The position numbers and the translations under genes were made by a program. The notes below the pieces were generated by a model. The model was not told the origin of the DNA and did no database searches. It saw only the letters and a list, made by a program, of their open reading frames with translations. This document shows, piece after piece, positions 9,226 to 18,324 of a stretch of 64,000 nt of DNA. The stretch comes from a virus: positions 9,356 through 73,355 of IMG/VR virus record IMGVR_UViG_3300050132_000112, one strand, 5' to 3'. Every line of letters starts with the position of its first letter. Position 1 is the first letter of the stretch.

Positions 9226-9519
9226 ATGTACACATACCTAATGTCAGACCACACTAAAAAAAATATTCATGCGGGATATTGTGAAAGCGTTTCAAAAATG
9301 GTTGAATGGTATAAGCAATGGAGCGAAATGAGTTTATTTTTAACCGATGATAAATACCTAAACCGATTGGTTTATTTAGAAGAAAATTCAACAGAGGGAC
9401 AGGCGATTGACAGGTTCACATATTTTACATTTATACCGATTAGTGAACGAATTAAAATTATTGAGGGGTGCAACCCAACTTTTATGGATTTAACAACAGC
9501 ATCCAATTTTGACTTTTAA
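9226..9519 (+). CDS. Degenerate small GIY-YIG (UPF0213-like) protein
   Basis: YTYLM...HAGY...LVYLEE...AIDR pattern with catalytic residues altered. Confidence 0.45.
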   Translation: MYTYLMSDHTKKNIHAGYCESVSKMVEWYKQWSEMSLFLTDDKYLNRLVYLEENSTEGQAIDRFTYFTFIPISERIKIIEGCNPTFMDLTTASNFDF

Positions 9520-9579
9520 CCCCCTTAAACAACAAATAGATAATTAATAGAAAACAAACAAAATGTATTATATTTGCAT

Positions 9580-10752
9580 ATGCTAAGGGCTTATAAATAT
9601 CGCATAATGCCAACACCTGACCAATCTATACTTATCAATAAGCATATTGGTAGTTGTCGGTTTGTTTACAACTTGGCATTAGAGGTGAAGAACAATGCTT
9701 ATGCTACCCATAGGAAAAACATTACTTGTTTTGATTTGATGAAGCAATTGCCCGATCTAAAAAAAGAATGTGAATGGTTAAAAGAAGTAGATAGTCAATC
9801 TCTACAACAATCGATAATAAATCTTGATAAGGCATTTACACAATTTTTTAAGGGATATTCAAGATTTCCTAAGTTCAAAAACAAACATTCTGCTCAATCT
9901 TTTCGAAATCCACATGGTGAATTTGTAGAAATAAAAGAAGGAAAACTATATCAACCAAAATTTAGAAGTGGAATTAAAATAATAATAGATAGAGAATTTA
10001 CAGGGGAAATTAAATCAACTACAATTAGTAGAACACCAACTGGCAAATATTTTGTATCCATTTTGGTAGACACCTCTAACAACATACCTGATAAAAAAAC
10101 AATAGTCGAAAAAACATCAATTGGCATAGATTTAGGTATCAAATCGCTAATTGTCACCAGCGATGGAGTGAAAATAGATAACCCAAAACATCTTAAAAAG
10201 CAATTATCTCATTTAAAATACCTACAACGCCAATATTCAAAAAAGAAAAGTGGTAGCAATAATAAAACCAAATCCCGATTGAAATTAGCATTATGCCATG
10301 AAAAAATAGCCAATCAACGAAAAGACTTTTTGCATAAACTTTCAAGTGAACTTATCAAGAACCACGATACGCTTTGCTTTGAAACTCTGCAAATTGATAA
10401 TATGATGAAAAATCATAAATTGGCACAAGCTATTCAAAGTGCAGGCTGGGGTATGTTTGTAGAAATGTGTAAATATAAAGCCGAATGGAACGGGAAAAAT
10501 ATTTTACAGATTCCAACATTTCAGCCGTCAACCAAGATTTGTTCCAATTGCGGAGCCACAAATCATACACTTACTTTGGCAGATAGAGAATGGATTTGCG
10601 CTAACTGTTTGACTTTGCATGATAGGGATGTAAACGCAGCTATCAACATAAAAAATTATTCATTAAGAGATTGCGGTGGGGTACGCCGTGAAAAGCCTGC
10701 GGAACTGCCGACGTTAGTTGGAGTAATGAAACAGGAAAATATTACAGTGTAA
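9580..10752 (+). CDS. tnpB: TnpB RNA-guided endonuclease (IS200/IS605 family), no tnpA
   Basis: AYKYRI HTH; RuvC IGIDLG / FETL / HDRDVNAA; CSNC...CANC zinc finger; TATATTTG 3 nt before ATG 9580. Confidence 0.95.
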   Translation: MLRAYKYRIMPTPDQSILINKHIGSCRFVYNLALEVKNNAYATHRKNITCFDLMKQLPDLKKECEWLKEVDSQSLQQSIINLDKAFTQFFKGYSRFPKFKNKHSAQSFRNPHGEFVEIKEGKLYQPKFRSGIKIIIDREFTGEIKSTTISRTPTGKYFVSILVDTSNNIPDKKTIVEKTSIGIDLGIKSLIVTSDGVKIDNPKHLKKQLSHLKYLQRQYSKKKSGSNNKTKSRLKLALCHEKIANQRKDFLHKLSSELIKNHDTLCFETLQIDNMMKNHKLAQAIQSAGWGMFVEMCKYKAEWNGKNILQIPTFQPSTKICSNCGATNHTLTLADREWICANCLTLHDRDVNAAINIKNYSLRDCGGVRREKPAELPTLVGVMKQENITV

Positions 10753-10780
10753 ACTTATATATTATTACCATAGATAACAT
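10660..10780 (+). ncRNA. Putative TnpB omega/reRNA overlapping the tnpB 3' end
   Basis: GC-rich paired 3' tail (GCGGTGGGGTACGCCGTGAAAAGCCTG...GAAACAGG) at the usual omegaRNA position; boundaries uncertain. Confidence 0.5.
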
Positions 10781-10801
10781 GACTAATTCTATTTTACCTC
10801 T

Positions 10802-10951
10802 ATGCTTGAAAACTTCCTAAAAACCAACAGAGCCTACTATGACTACGCCATAAGCAAGGGACTAACCGCTTTGGCTGCGGCGATTAAACAGTCGATAGAA
10901 AAAACGATTGCCAATAAACAAGTTAAACCGAAACAATTAAAATTATTTTAA
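10802..10951 (+). CDS. 49-aa protein ending in beta-clamp-binding-like motif QLKLF
   Basis: MLENFLKTNRAYY...KPKQLKLF*; abuts the next gene. Confidence 0.6.
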   Translation: MLENFLKTNRAYYDYAISKGLTALAAAIKQSIEKTIANKQVKPKQLKLF

Positions 10952-10952
10952 G

Positions 10953-11564
10953 ATGAAAAAACCGACAAAACAAAACTGCATTGATTTTTTAAATAAAATA
11001 GCAGACATTAAAAAATGGGACCCACAGTATGAGGGTGGTGAACCAATTGACACTTATTATTCAAAAACCGACGGAAGTTATATTTGCTTTGTAAATAATG
11101 CAGAGGATGTCGCATGGATGATTAAAAAGGGAATTACAGACGAAATACAATCAATAAATGATGGTAAGGTTGCCTGTATAGGTTTTAACCCCTTAGAACA
11201 AAAATGGTATGGATGGTCACATAGGGCAGTTTATGGGTTTGGTATAGGTTCTGAATGTAAAAAAGGGGATTGTGGATATGTGCCAACTGATTTAAATGAT
11301 TTTCTTGAGAGAAGTATTAATTTTTGGAGTGACGATGCACACACAAATGTTTCTGCTATTCCCGCCGTAAATGACAAAGGTATTCATGGTGCACAGGTTA
11401 CTTGGGAATATGTACCTGAATTTGTTCCAAATAAAAACCTACACGGAACTATTGGAGAAACATTTGTTTATCCACCTCAAAAATATGGTAAGGGTGAATG
11501 GGTTGCAACGAGCATGGAAGATGCTAAACAAATGGCTATTGATTTTGCAGAAGGAGTATCATAA
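10953..11564 (+). CDS. Conserved phage hypothetical protein
   Basis: IGFNPLEQKWYGWSHRAVYGFGIG motif. Confidence 0.7.
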   Translation: MKKPTKQNCIDFLNKIADIKKWDPQYEGGEPIDTYYSKTDGSYICFVNNAEDVAWMIKKGITDEIQSINDGKVACIGFNPLEQKWYGWSHRAVYGFGIGSECKKGDCGYVPTDLNDFLERSINFWSDDAHTNVSAIPAVNDKGIHGAQVTWEYVPEFVPNKNLHGTIGETFVYPPQKYGKGEWVATSMEDAKQMAIDFAEGVS

Positions 11565-11824
11565 TGAAAAAACCGATTGATTTTTACGGAACGCCAAATA
11601 TAGAAAGTCTAACAAGGCATAAGATATTCCTTGACATACAGCCAATAGATGATTGGGATAACTGGTATTGTAAAATATATTTTCAAGATGCAATGTCACC
11701 ATTTTTTGAAGTGTATAAAAAAGGGGTAAAAAAGCACTTTAAAAGTTATAGGGAGGCATTTAATGATGCAATTGATTGGCTGAGCATTAATGAATATATA
11801 AATATTATCGAATTACCATTTTGA
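11564..11824 (+). CDS. Hypothetical protein
   Basis: Overlapping operonic ORF. Confidence 0.55.
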   Translation: MKKPIDFYGTPNIESLTRHKIFLDIQPIDDWDNWYCKIYFQDAMSPFFEVYKKGVKKHFKSYREAFNDAIDWLSINEYINIIELPF

Positions 11825-12171
11825 CCATGATTAAGCAAAATCTCACCACCCAAAGAACAGAGGAAGTAGACCAAAGCCTATTTAAGTTGGCCATCCTGTC
11901 CGAACTATTTCTATTTGAACACAAAATGGTACTCATGGACACGGCGTTTAAAACTCCTGTCGCTAACAACTTCGCTAAGCGTATAGGAATGGATGCCAAA
12001 GAATTAAAAAGCCGCCTTGGGTCTGTAATAGTCGTTAAGCAGGATGAATATGCAGAGGAATTTATCGGTGTGTTGTGGAACATACTTGACACCTTGTGTA
12101 AACTTGACTTAGAACCATTACAGGAATTTTCAGAATACGTATCACAAGAATTAGAAAAAGTTGGAGTATGA
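11821..12171 (+). CDS. Hypothetical protein
   Basis: Overlapping operonic ORF. Confidence 0.6.
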   Translation: MTMIKQNLTTQRTEEVDQSLFKLAILSELFLFEHKMVLMDTAFKTPVANNFAKRIGMDAKELKSRLGSVIVVKQDEYAEEFIGVLWNILDTLCKLDLEPLQEFSEYVSQELEKVGV

Positions 12172-12371
12172 TTAAAGAAGTAACATTATCAGAAAAACAG
12201 GAGATAGATAAAAAGATGTTTGAATCCTTAAATCCAAAATATTTGAAAATCTATCAACCCGACTTACACCTAATCGCTTTACAAGCCGCTTCAAGCATAA
12301 AATCAGAGGATGTAAACGAGTTATTGAGTAATGCTGACAAGATAGAACGATGGCTAAATAAAACCGTGTAA
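12168..12371 (+). CDS. Hypothetical protein
   Basis: ATGA overlap. Confidence 0.55.
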   Translation: MIKEVTLSEKQEIDKKMFESLNPKYLKIYQPDLHLIALQAASSIKSEDVNELLSNADKIERWLNKTV

Positions 12372-12431
12372 AAATATTTTTGTTAATTTCAATTTTAGTT
12401 CATTAATTTTACATCAACAAATCAACAAGTT

Positions 12432-12593
12432 ATGGCGAAACAGATAAAACACAAAGGATTTAAGGCGGTTCAAAAATCTATTGAAAAAGAAGGTTATGGG
12501 AAAAAGGCAGCAGGAGCGATTTTAGCAGCAAGTTCACGTAACGCCTCAGCTAAAGCAAAAAAGGCTAATCCACGATTAAAAAGGGTAAAATGA
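12432..12593 (+). CDS. Small basic phage protein (53 aa, not in ORF track)
   Basis: MAKQIKHKGFKAVQKSIEKEGYGKKAAGAILAASSRNASAKAKKANPRLKRVK; stop overlaps next ATG. Confidence 0.75.
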   Translation: MAKQIKHKGFKAVQKSIEKEGYGKKAAGAILAASSRNASAKAKKANPRLKRVK

Positions 12594-12997
12594 CCATTGC
12601 GAGCAACATAGAAAACATGATGCAGCACCCTTACTTCAAAGATGCGGTGCAGCGATTTGCAGACGGCGACCCAAAGGACTTAAAGATATTCCTTACCGAC
12701 CTTAACACCTACCTATACCAAACTACTTGCCACAACAATGCGTTAGAGTACCGTAAAAACAAAAACTATTCCCCTACGGAAATATACACCAACATTAAAA
12801 ACATGGAACCCCCGACCAATCTCGACTTTAGGTTACCAATTTACAAAGTAGGCACAATGCCTGAAATGGAAGTATGTAAAGTGGTAAGTTTTGTAGATAA
12901 GGTAATGGCGGTAAAAAAGAAAGTTGCCTCGTATTTTAACCCGACGCAACTTTCAATTGTTTTCCCCGATTACTCCATCATGGAGGTAGAGGCTTAA
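12590..12997 (+). CDS. Hypothetical protein
   Basis: Intact ORF with ATGA overlap. Confidence 0.6.
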   Translation: MTIASNIENMMQHPYFKDAVQRFADGDPKDLKIFLTDLNTYLYQTTCHNNALEYRKNKNYSPTEIYTNIKNMEPPTNLDFRLPIYKVGTMPEMEVCKVVSFVDKVMAVKKKVASYFNPTQLSIVFPDYSIMEVEA

Positions 12998-13230
12998 AGC
13001 CCTGCTAACGTAGCCATCGTATCCGTAACCAAATAATCTACCGTCTCATGGGCATTATTTTGTGCCCTGCTAATACCAATAACAGAGTGAACAGTTGGAT
13101 AAAGAGCGATTTGCTTTGCAGTAGCAGGCTTAATACGTGTAATAGCGTACGGGCTAAAAAGATACTGAGTTGCAGTTGTAAGTACTCCATCTGGGGTTAC
13201 CACAACTGTACATGTGATTGTTGATGCCAT
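12994..13230 (-). CDS. Hypothetical Thr/Val-rich protein, independently transcribed
   Basis: Own TATTTTTG promoter at 13262-13269 (- strand) and A-rich leader. Confidence 0.7.
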   Translation of the reverse strand: MASTITCTVVVTPDGVLTTATQYLFSPYAITRIKPATAKQIALYPTVHSVIGISRAQNNAHETVDYLVTDTMATLAGL

Positions 13231-13261
13231 AAATTTATGTTTTTAAGTTAATTAACTGCTT

Positions 13262-13292
13262 CAAAAATAGTACAAAAATTCTATTACTTTTG
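13262..13292. promoter_or_regulatory. Back-to-back divergent Bacteroidota promoters
   Basis: TATTTTTG on - (13262-13269) and TACTTTTG on + (13285-13292). Confidence 0.6.
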
Positions 13293-13418
13293 AAGAGCGA
13301 AATACAAGATGATAACCGATAAAAAAATTAAAAAAACTCCCCCGCCCAACGTTATCCCAATCAGTCTATTAGTGTTTCGCAATTACTTTTACTTGTTGAG
13401 GGCGGGGGCTTTGTTAGT

Positions 13419-13829
13419 ATGGTAAAATTTATAAAATGCAGTTTAACTAATGATTTTGTTATAACAAATAAAAAAATTAGGACGTATGATTTTCTATTTT
13501 CAGTTTACAATAAAGAGCAAGCTGATTTAGGAATTGATAATGTTTTAATCGAAGTAATAAATGAATTATGTAATGAGGGCTATAAGGTGGCTTTGTTGGG
13601 TAAGTACAAAGAAAATAAACTCCCATTTTACCAACATGAAAATTTCTTTTATGAACTTGATTTGGGTATAACAGATATTGTTACTGTGCTAATTAAGTGT
13701 CAAAACATGTGCATCAGCCTTAATAATGACATTTCAAGAATTTGTTTTGCCTTTGGGTGTAATAACCTCATTTTAGACGGCAAAATAACTAAGAAAAGAT
13801 TGTTGACCATCATTCGCAAACATTCATGA
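13419..13829 (+). CDS. Hypothetical protein, weak GT9 heptosyltransferase C-domain resemblance
   Basis: GYKVALLG...DIVTVLIKCQNMCISLNN...AFGCNNLIL pattern. Confidence 0.4.
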   Translation: MVKFIKCSLTNDFVITNKKIRTYDFLFSVYNKEQADLGIDNVLIEVINELCNEGYKVALLGKYKENKLPFYQHENFFYELDLGITDIVTVLIKCQNMCISLNNDISRICFAFGCNNLILDGKITKKRLLTIIRKHS

Positions 13830-14605
13830 CCGAATTTGTTTCAGAACGTCCACAAATGCGCCCTACCGATAGAGATATGCGGGAGAATTACGTATGGACG
13901 AGGTATGACAAAAAAAGATACTTTTTAGAACGGGTTCATAAGGCATTAATCACCACCCTAAACGCCAAGGTTAAACGATTAACGTTAGCCTCAAAGAAGT
14001 GGCGTAGTGCCTACATTCAACTGAAAAACACGGTTAAGATAAAACATGCCGCAGAGATACGGGAAAAGGACAGGCAGATAAAAATGCAGAAAGCCAGAGC
14101 AGAGAGTTTTAAAGCAACCAGTTGGAAGCGGCGTAACATGCTCATGCTTTATCAGAACAATAGCCGTAAACGAACTAAAAAGTACAAACTTCTTGAAAAG
14201 AAGCAAAAATTCATGGAGCATAACAAACGCTTCTTCACTAAATGCTTCGATTGGAATGAATATACCCCAAGGACGGTACTGCATGGTGAAATATCAATAC
14301 GGGCTATTATTGGCTATGAGCAACTTAGAGAGAACGGTTACATCACTAAAATGGAAATGGTCATATTGGTAACAGGGACACACGTAGAGCATTTTAACCG
14401 AGGCGATTCGGAATATAGATTTGGTTCAGAGAATGTAGTGGGATGGGTGACCACCATGAGGCTAATGATAAAAGCGGGACACGTTAAGAAAATAGCCTAT
14501 CACGACCTTTACTATCTTACTGAGCATGGTAAAACACGGTTGAATAACATTATAGAGCAAATCAGAAAAGTACCATTAAGAAACTATTACCCACCCATTA
14601 TATGA
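13826..14605 (+). CDS. Basic coiled-coil + C-terminal winged-helix protein (possible late regulator)
   Basis: C-terminal L.KAGHV...YYLTEHGK (MarR-like wing). Confidence 0.55.
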   Translation: MTEFVSERPQMRPTDRDMRENYVWTRYDKKRYFLERVHKALITTLNAKVKRLTLASKKWRSAYIQLKNTVKIKHAAEIREKDRQIKMQKARAESFKATSWKRRNMLMLYQNNSRKRTKKYKLLEKKQKFMEHNKRFFTKCFDWNEYTPRTVLHGEISIRAIIGYEQLRENGYITKMEMVILVTGTHVEHFNRGDSEYRFGSENVVGWVTTMRLMIKAGHVKKIAYHDLYYLTEHGKTRLNNIIEQIRKVPLRNYYPPII

Positions 14606-15441
14606 TACCACAAAAAGGAAAATATTTAGTTAAGGGATTTTTAGATCATAAGGAAAAGTATCAACTTACTCCCGACATCGAATTGTACATTGACAAGTCA
14701 TTTGACAGCAATTTAAGGACACGTAACAGCCAATTGGGAGTTATTGCAGAGATTGATGAGGATAATGTATTAAACCTATCTAAAGGCGATATAATCGTGG
14801 TACACCATTTTACCTTTCATGGTGACATTGCGGAGAATAGGGGCTTTGAGGTTCAGCAGCACGTGGTACATAATAACGAATTACTATTCCTTATCGACCC
14901 AAGTAGAATATTCGGAACATACAATGACGGCGTATTAAAACCATTGGGCGAATATGTATTTTGCGATAAGATTAAAAAAGAACAGGGTATCATCTACATG
15001 CCCGAACATTTGTTGGTTGAAAATAACAAAGCATTAGTTACACATGGTAATGGCGATATTGAAAAAGGCGATATACTTATCATGCCCGACAGTTCGATGT
15101 ATGAAATTGAATTGGACAAAGTGTTTTACCAAAGGGTATTTAAGGGCGATATTTTCGCTTACATCCGTAATGGCGAGTTTTACCCTTATAAAGACTATTT
15201 CTTAGCCCAAGACTTGCCACAAAAGGAACATGCTATATTTGATTTGTCAATGACCAAAAAGAAAACGGTGAGGTCGAGGATATTGAATGTTGGCGAAAAG
15301 AACAGGGATGTGCAGGTTGATGAAGTGGTGTTCAGGGGTGCGGATAGTGGGCTTAAATATGAAGATAAAGTTTTGCTTAACTTTGACCACTACCACTTTG
15401 TGATAGACGACCCGAACGGAGAAATTAAAAACATAGCATAA
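14602..15441 (+). CDS. Tandem GroES-like co-chaperonin-fold protein
   Basis: Repeated P...Y.L...G...KGDI..V units; position upstream of terminase as in crAss-like phages. Confidence 0.6.
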   Translation: MIPQKGKYLVKGFLDHKEKYQLTPDIELYIDKSFDSNLRTRNSQLGVIAEIDEDNVLNLSKGDIIVVHHFTFHGDIAENRGFEVQQHVVHNNELLFLIDPSRIFGTYNDGVLKPLGEYVFCDKIKKEQGIIYMPEHLLVENNKALVTHGNGDIEKGDILIMPDSSMYEIELDKVFYQRVFKGDIFAYIRNGEFYPYKDYFLAQDLPQKEHAIFDLSMTKKKTVRSRILNVGEKNRDVQVDEVVFRGADSGLKYEDKVLLNFDHYHFVIDDPNGEIKNIA

Positions 15442-15800
15442 TGGCAAAATCAAACATTAAGGGCATTCAGGATGCCATCGCTTTAGGAAAAAGAAACGGT
15501 CCCGGACCCACAACCCTAAAAACAGTTGAGATTAAATCAACACCAATAGTAAAGGCTGACCCTATTTATCATTTCGGTGATGCTACTGCAAGTCATTCAG
15601 ATATTGTGAGTAAGTTCCCAAGTGAGCAACAACCTGACGTACATAAATTCCTTACTGACAACCGCATATTAAAAAGCCAAACAGAACAGGATGGTGATAA
15701 GGCACAAACCAATACTAATCATTACGTTTTGAATAGTGCGGTTTCTCACAACGATATGTACGATGCGGTAAAGTCTGCAGCCCAATCAGTAAAAAAATAA
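15441..15800 (+). CDS. Hypothetical protein
   Basis: Operonic ORF. Confidence 0.6.
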   Translation: MAKSNIKGIQDAIALGKRNGPGPTTLKTVEIKSTPIVKADPIYHFGDATASHSDIVSKFPSEQQPDVHKFLTDNRILKSQTEQDGDKAQTNTNHYVLNSAVSHNDMYDAVKSAAQSVKK

Positions 15801-16138
15801 TGAAAGCAAAAGAGGAAGAAAACAAATCATCTATCGGGAAACTGTTAAAATCGGTTACGATGTTGTTAGATGCCTATGCAGACAATATGGCTATGGTTGC
15901 TCAGGGTAAAGAACCTAATATTGTCATTGACGAAAAATATACCGCAACCGCTATGAAGTGGATAAACATGACTAAAGAATTGGGTGAGTTTGAAACACTA
16001 TGTAGTGGCGAACGGAAAAAATCAATGGTAGGCACAGGCGAAGTATCCGAGGTTGAAAATACATCTATGGCACAGGGAAATGCCTTTGAGTTGCGAAGTA
16101 AAAAAGTAGAGGCTAAGTTAAATGGCAAAAAAGTTTAA
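15800..16138 (+). CDS. Putative terminase small subunit
   Basis: Helical 112-aa ORF overlapping the terL start. Confidence 0.45.
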   Translation: MKAKEEENKSSIGKLLKSVTMLLDAYADNMAMVAQGKEPNIVIDEKYTATAMKWINMTKELGEFETLCSGERKKSMVGTGEVSEVENTSMAQGNAFELRSKKVEAKLNGKKV

Positions 16139-18281
16139 CATTAATCCTGAATACAAAGAAGGTCAAATACTGACATCGGAAGTGCAAGGGCTTCCTTATG
16201 CAACTCCACCAATCCCCAAATTCTCAACTATACGTGGAATTTACCTGCCGATAGAAGACCAAGTATGGCACAGGCGTGACGAACACGAACAATGGGATAA
16301 CTGGAATACTGACCCCAATAAGGGCGTAATGTGGACGGTTAATGCCTCTCCCGAACAACTCCAATGGTTTGATGAAGAAATAGAACGCCTAATGACAGGC
16401 GAGTGGATAATGATTAATGGCGTTCCCACTTACTTCAATAAATACTGCTACTTTTTTTTTCAATGGTTTCGTTTACTCTCACAACGCTATCCTGAATTTA
16501 AGGACGTATGTCTTGAATATTTTGTCTTTTTCATGCTATGCGAGGAAGACCCCTTATGTTTGGGCGACTTGGGCATTAAAGGACGGCGTGTCGGGCTATC
16601 GTCAATGTCCGCTTCAATAAAAGTTCTTATTGGTATATTGGAAAGCAACACACTATCGGGTATCGTTTCTAAGACAGGTACGGATGCGCAGGAAATGTTT
16701 TTCATGGTTAAGAATGGTATTGAGGGCTTACCTGAATTTTTAATGCCTGACTTAAACAAAGTAACTGAAAGTGAAATTCACATCGCTAAAACCTCCCGTA
16801 AGATTTCTGCTAATAATACCCGTATCAACTCCGATAAAGGAAAGAATAATCGTGTAAATTACTTAGATACCTCCGAAACGGTTTATGACGGTCGAGGGTT
16901 GCGACATTTAACGGTCGATGAGGCAGGAAAATTTATAAAAGCCAATGTAAAGACCCTTTTAGCTAAGATTAGTGACACATTAGTACAGGGTGCAATGATA
17001 ATCGGTAAGATGTCCATGTTCTCTACGGTAGATAAGGGTGACAAGGGAGGTGATAATTTCCGTGAAATTTGGGAAGGCTCTGACCATATTAATGGCAAAA
17101 AAGATATTTACGGTCGTACAAAAACTAAACTTAAACGTTTCTTCCTCCCTGCTTACCGTGGCTACATGGGTTACATAGGCAAGTACGGCGAAAGCATCAT
17201 AGAAAATCCTACCCCACTACAAGTTGTTTGGTTGCAGACGCATGAGTTCATAAACCCAATGACAGGTAAAATGGATAAGTGTCCCGACCCTTTTGTTGGC
17301 GCAAGACAATTCATGCAGGTGACACGGGATATGCTCTCTGACGACCCAGAGGCATTAGCCGACGAAAAGCGTAAAAACCCATTTGAGTGGAAAGAAGTAT
17401 TCCAAGGTGCTAATAACCGTTGTAATTTCGACTTAGAAGCCGTTAAAGCCCAAATAGAACGTGTAGAAGCAAAGATAGAAGCATTAGGCAGAAATGTAGT
17501 CACAGGCGAAAACGGTCGTCGTGGCGTAATGAAAAAACGTGATAATGGTGAGAAATACTTTGAGGACAACAATCAGGGTATGGTTTACATCCTGCAATTT
17601 CCCGATGCTGACTACACCAACAAAACAGTATATAAGAACAGCATTAAATGCCCCGATAACACGGCTTATGGTGCAGCAGGATTAGATACGTTTGCCAATG
17701 CTAAAGCAACCGTAGATAAAGGCTCTGATGCCTGTTTAATGATACACAGGCGATACAATGCGTTAGACCCCGATAATTCCAATATGCCCGTTGCCATGTT
17801 CTTAGGTAGACCTAAAACAAAGGGTGAGTTCCACGACCAAATATTTTGGTTATTGGAGTTTTATGGCGTTAAAATGTTGGCAGAACGTTCCCCTACCGAT
17901 TGGGAAGATTATGCCGTAGATAAGGAAAGACGTTTAGCCTCACCACTTGACCATGTTAAAAAGTATGGTTATTTGATGTCTACCAAGCGTTCTAACAAAA
18001 CAGAGGTTTATGGAGTTGCACCACAGGATAAAGAGGCGAGAGAGCAGCATTTAACCGAAATGATAGAGTATGCTTTGAATAACGTACATAAGATTTGGTT
18101 CTTGCGCTTATTGAAAGATATGATTGACTTTGACATTGATGAACGTACCGATTATGATGCTTGTATGGCATGGGGATATGCGTTAATGGCAATAAAGGAA
18201 CACGTTAACAAACCTGCAGAACCTGAAAGAGAGGAAACGTTTGTAAGGACGTTTAACTTGTACAACAGGCGAAGCGCATAA
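16122..18281 (+). CDS. terL: Terminase large subunit
   Basis: Walker A-like KGRRVGLS, Walker B TVDEAGK, C-terminal RNaseH-like GLD...D. Confidence 0.92.
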   Translation: MAKKFNINPEYKEGQILTSEVQGLPYATPPIPKFSTIRGIYLPIEDQVWHRRDEHEQWDNWNTDPNKGVMWTVNASPEQLQWFDEEIERLMTGEWIMINGVPTYFNKYCYFFFQWFRLLSQRYPEFKDVCLEYFVFFMLCEEDPLCLGDLGIKGRRVGLSSMSASIKVLIGILESNTLSGIVSKTGTDAQEMFFMVKNGIEGLPEFLMPDLNKVTESEIHIAKTSRKISANNTRINSDKGKNNRVNYLDTSETVYDGRGLRHLTVDEAGKFIKANVKTLLAKISDTLVQGAMIIGKMSMFSTVDKGDKGGDNFREIWEGSDHINGKKDIYGRTKTKLKRFFLPAYRGYMGYIGKYGESIIENPTPLQVVWLQTHEFINPMTGKMDKCPDPFVGARQFMQVTRDMLSDDPEALADEKRKNPFEWKEVFQGANNRCNFDLEAVKAQIERVEAKIEALGRNVVTGENGRRGVMKKRDNGEKYFEDNNQGMVYILQFPDADYTNKTVYKNSIKCPDNTAYGAAGLDTFANAKATVDKGSDACLMIHRRYNALDPDNSNMPVAMFLGRPKTKGEFHDQIFWLLEFYGVKMLAERSPTDWEDYAVDKERRLASPLDHVKKYGYLMSTKRSNKTEVYGVAPQDKEAREQHLTEMIEYALNNVHKIWFLRLLKDMIDFDIDERTDYDACMAWGYALMAIKEHVNKPAEPEREETFVRTFNLYNRRSA

Positions 18282-18324
18282 AAAACCAATGTTTTTGTTC
18301 TATTTTTGATTTTCTTAAAGTAAT

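Noticed and set aside
10741-10750. TnpB guide self-target: ATTACAGTGT also occurs at 59596-59605
   Set aside because: Only 10 nt in an AT-rich genome, the guide boundary is unknown, and this is plausible by chance.
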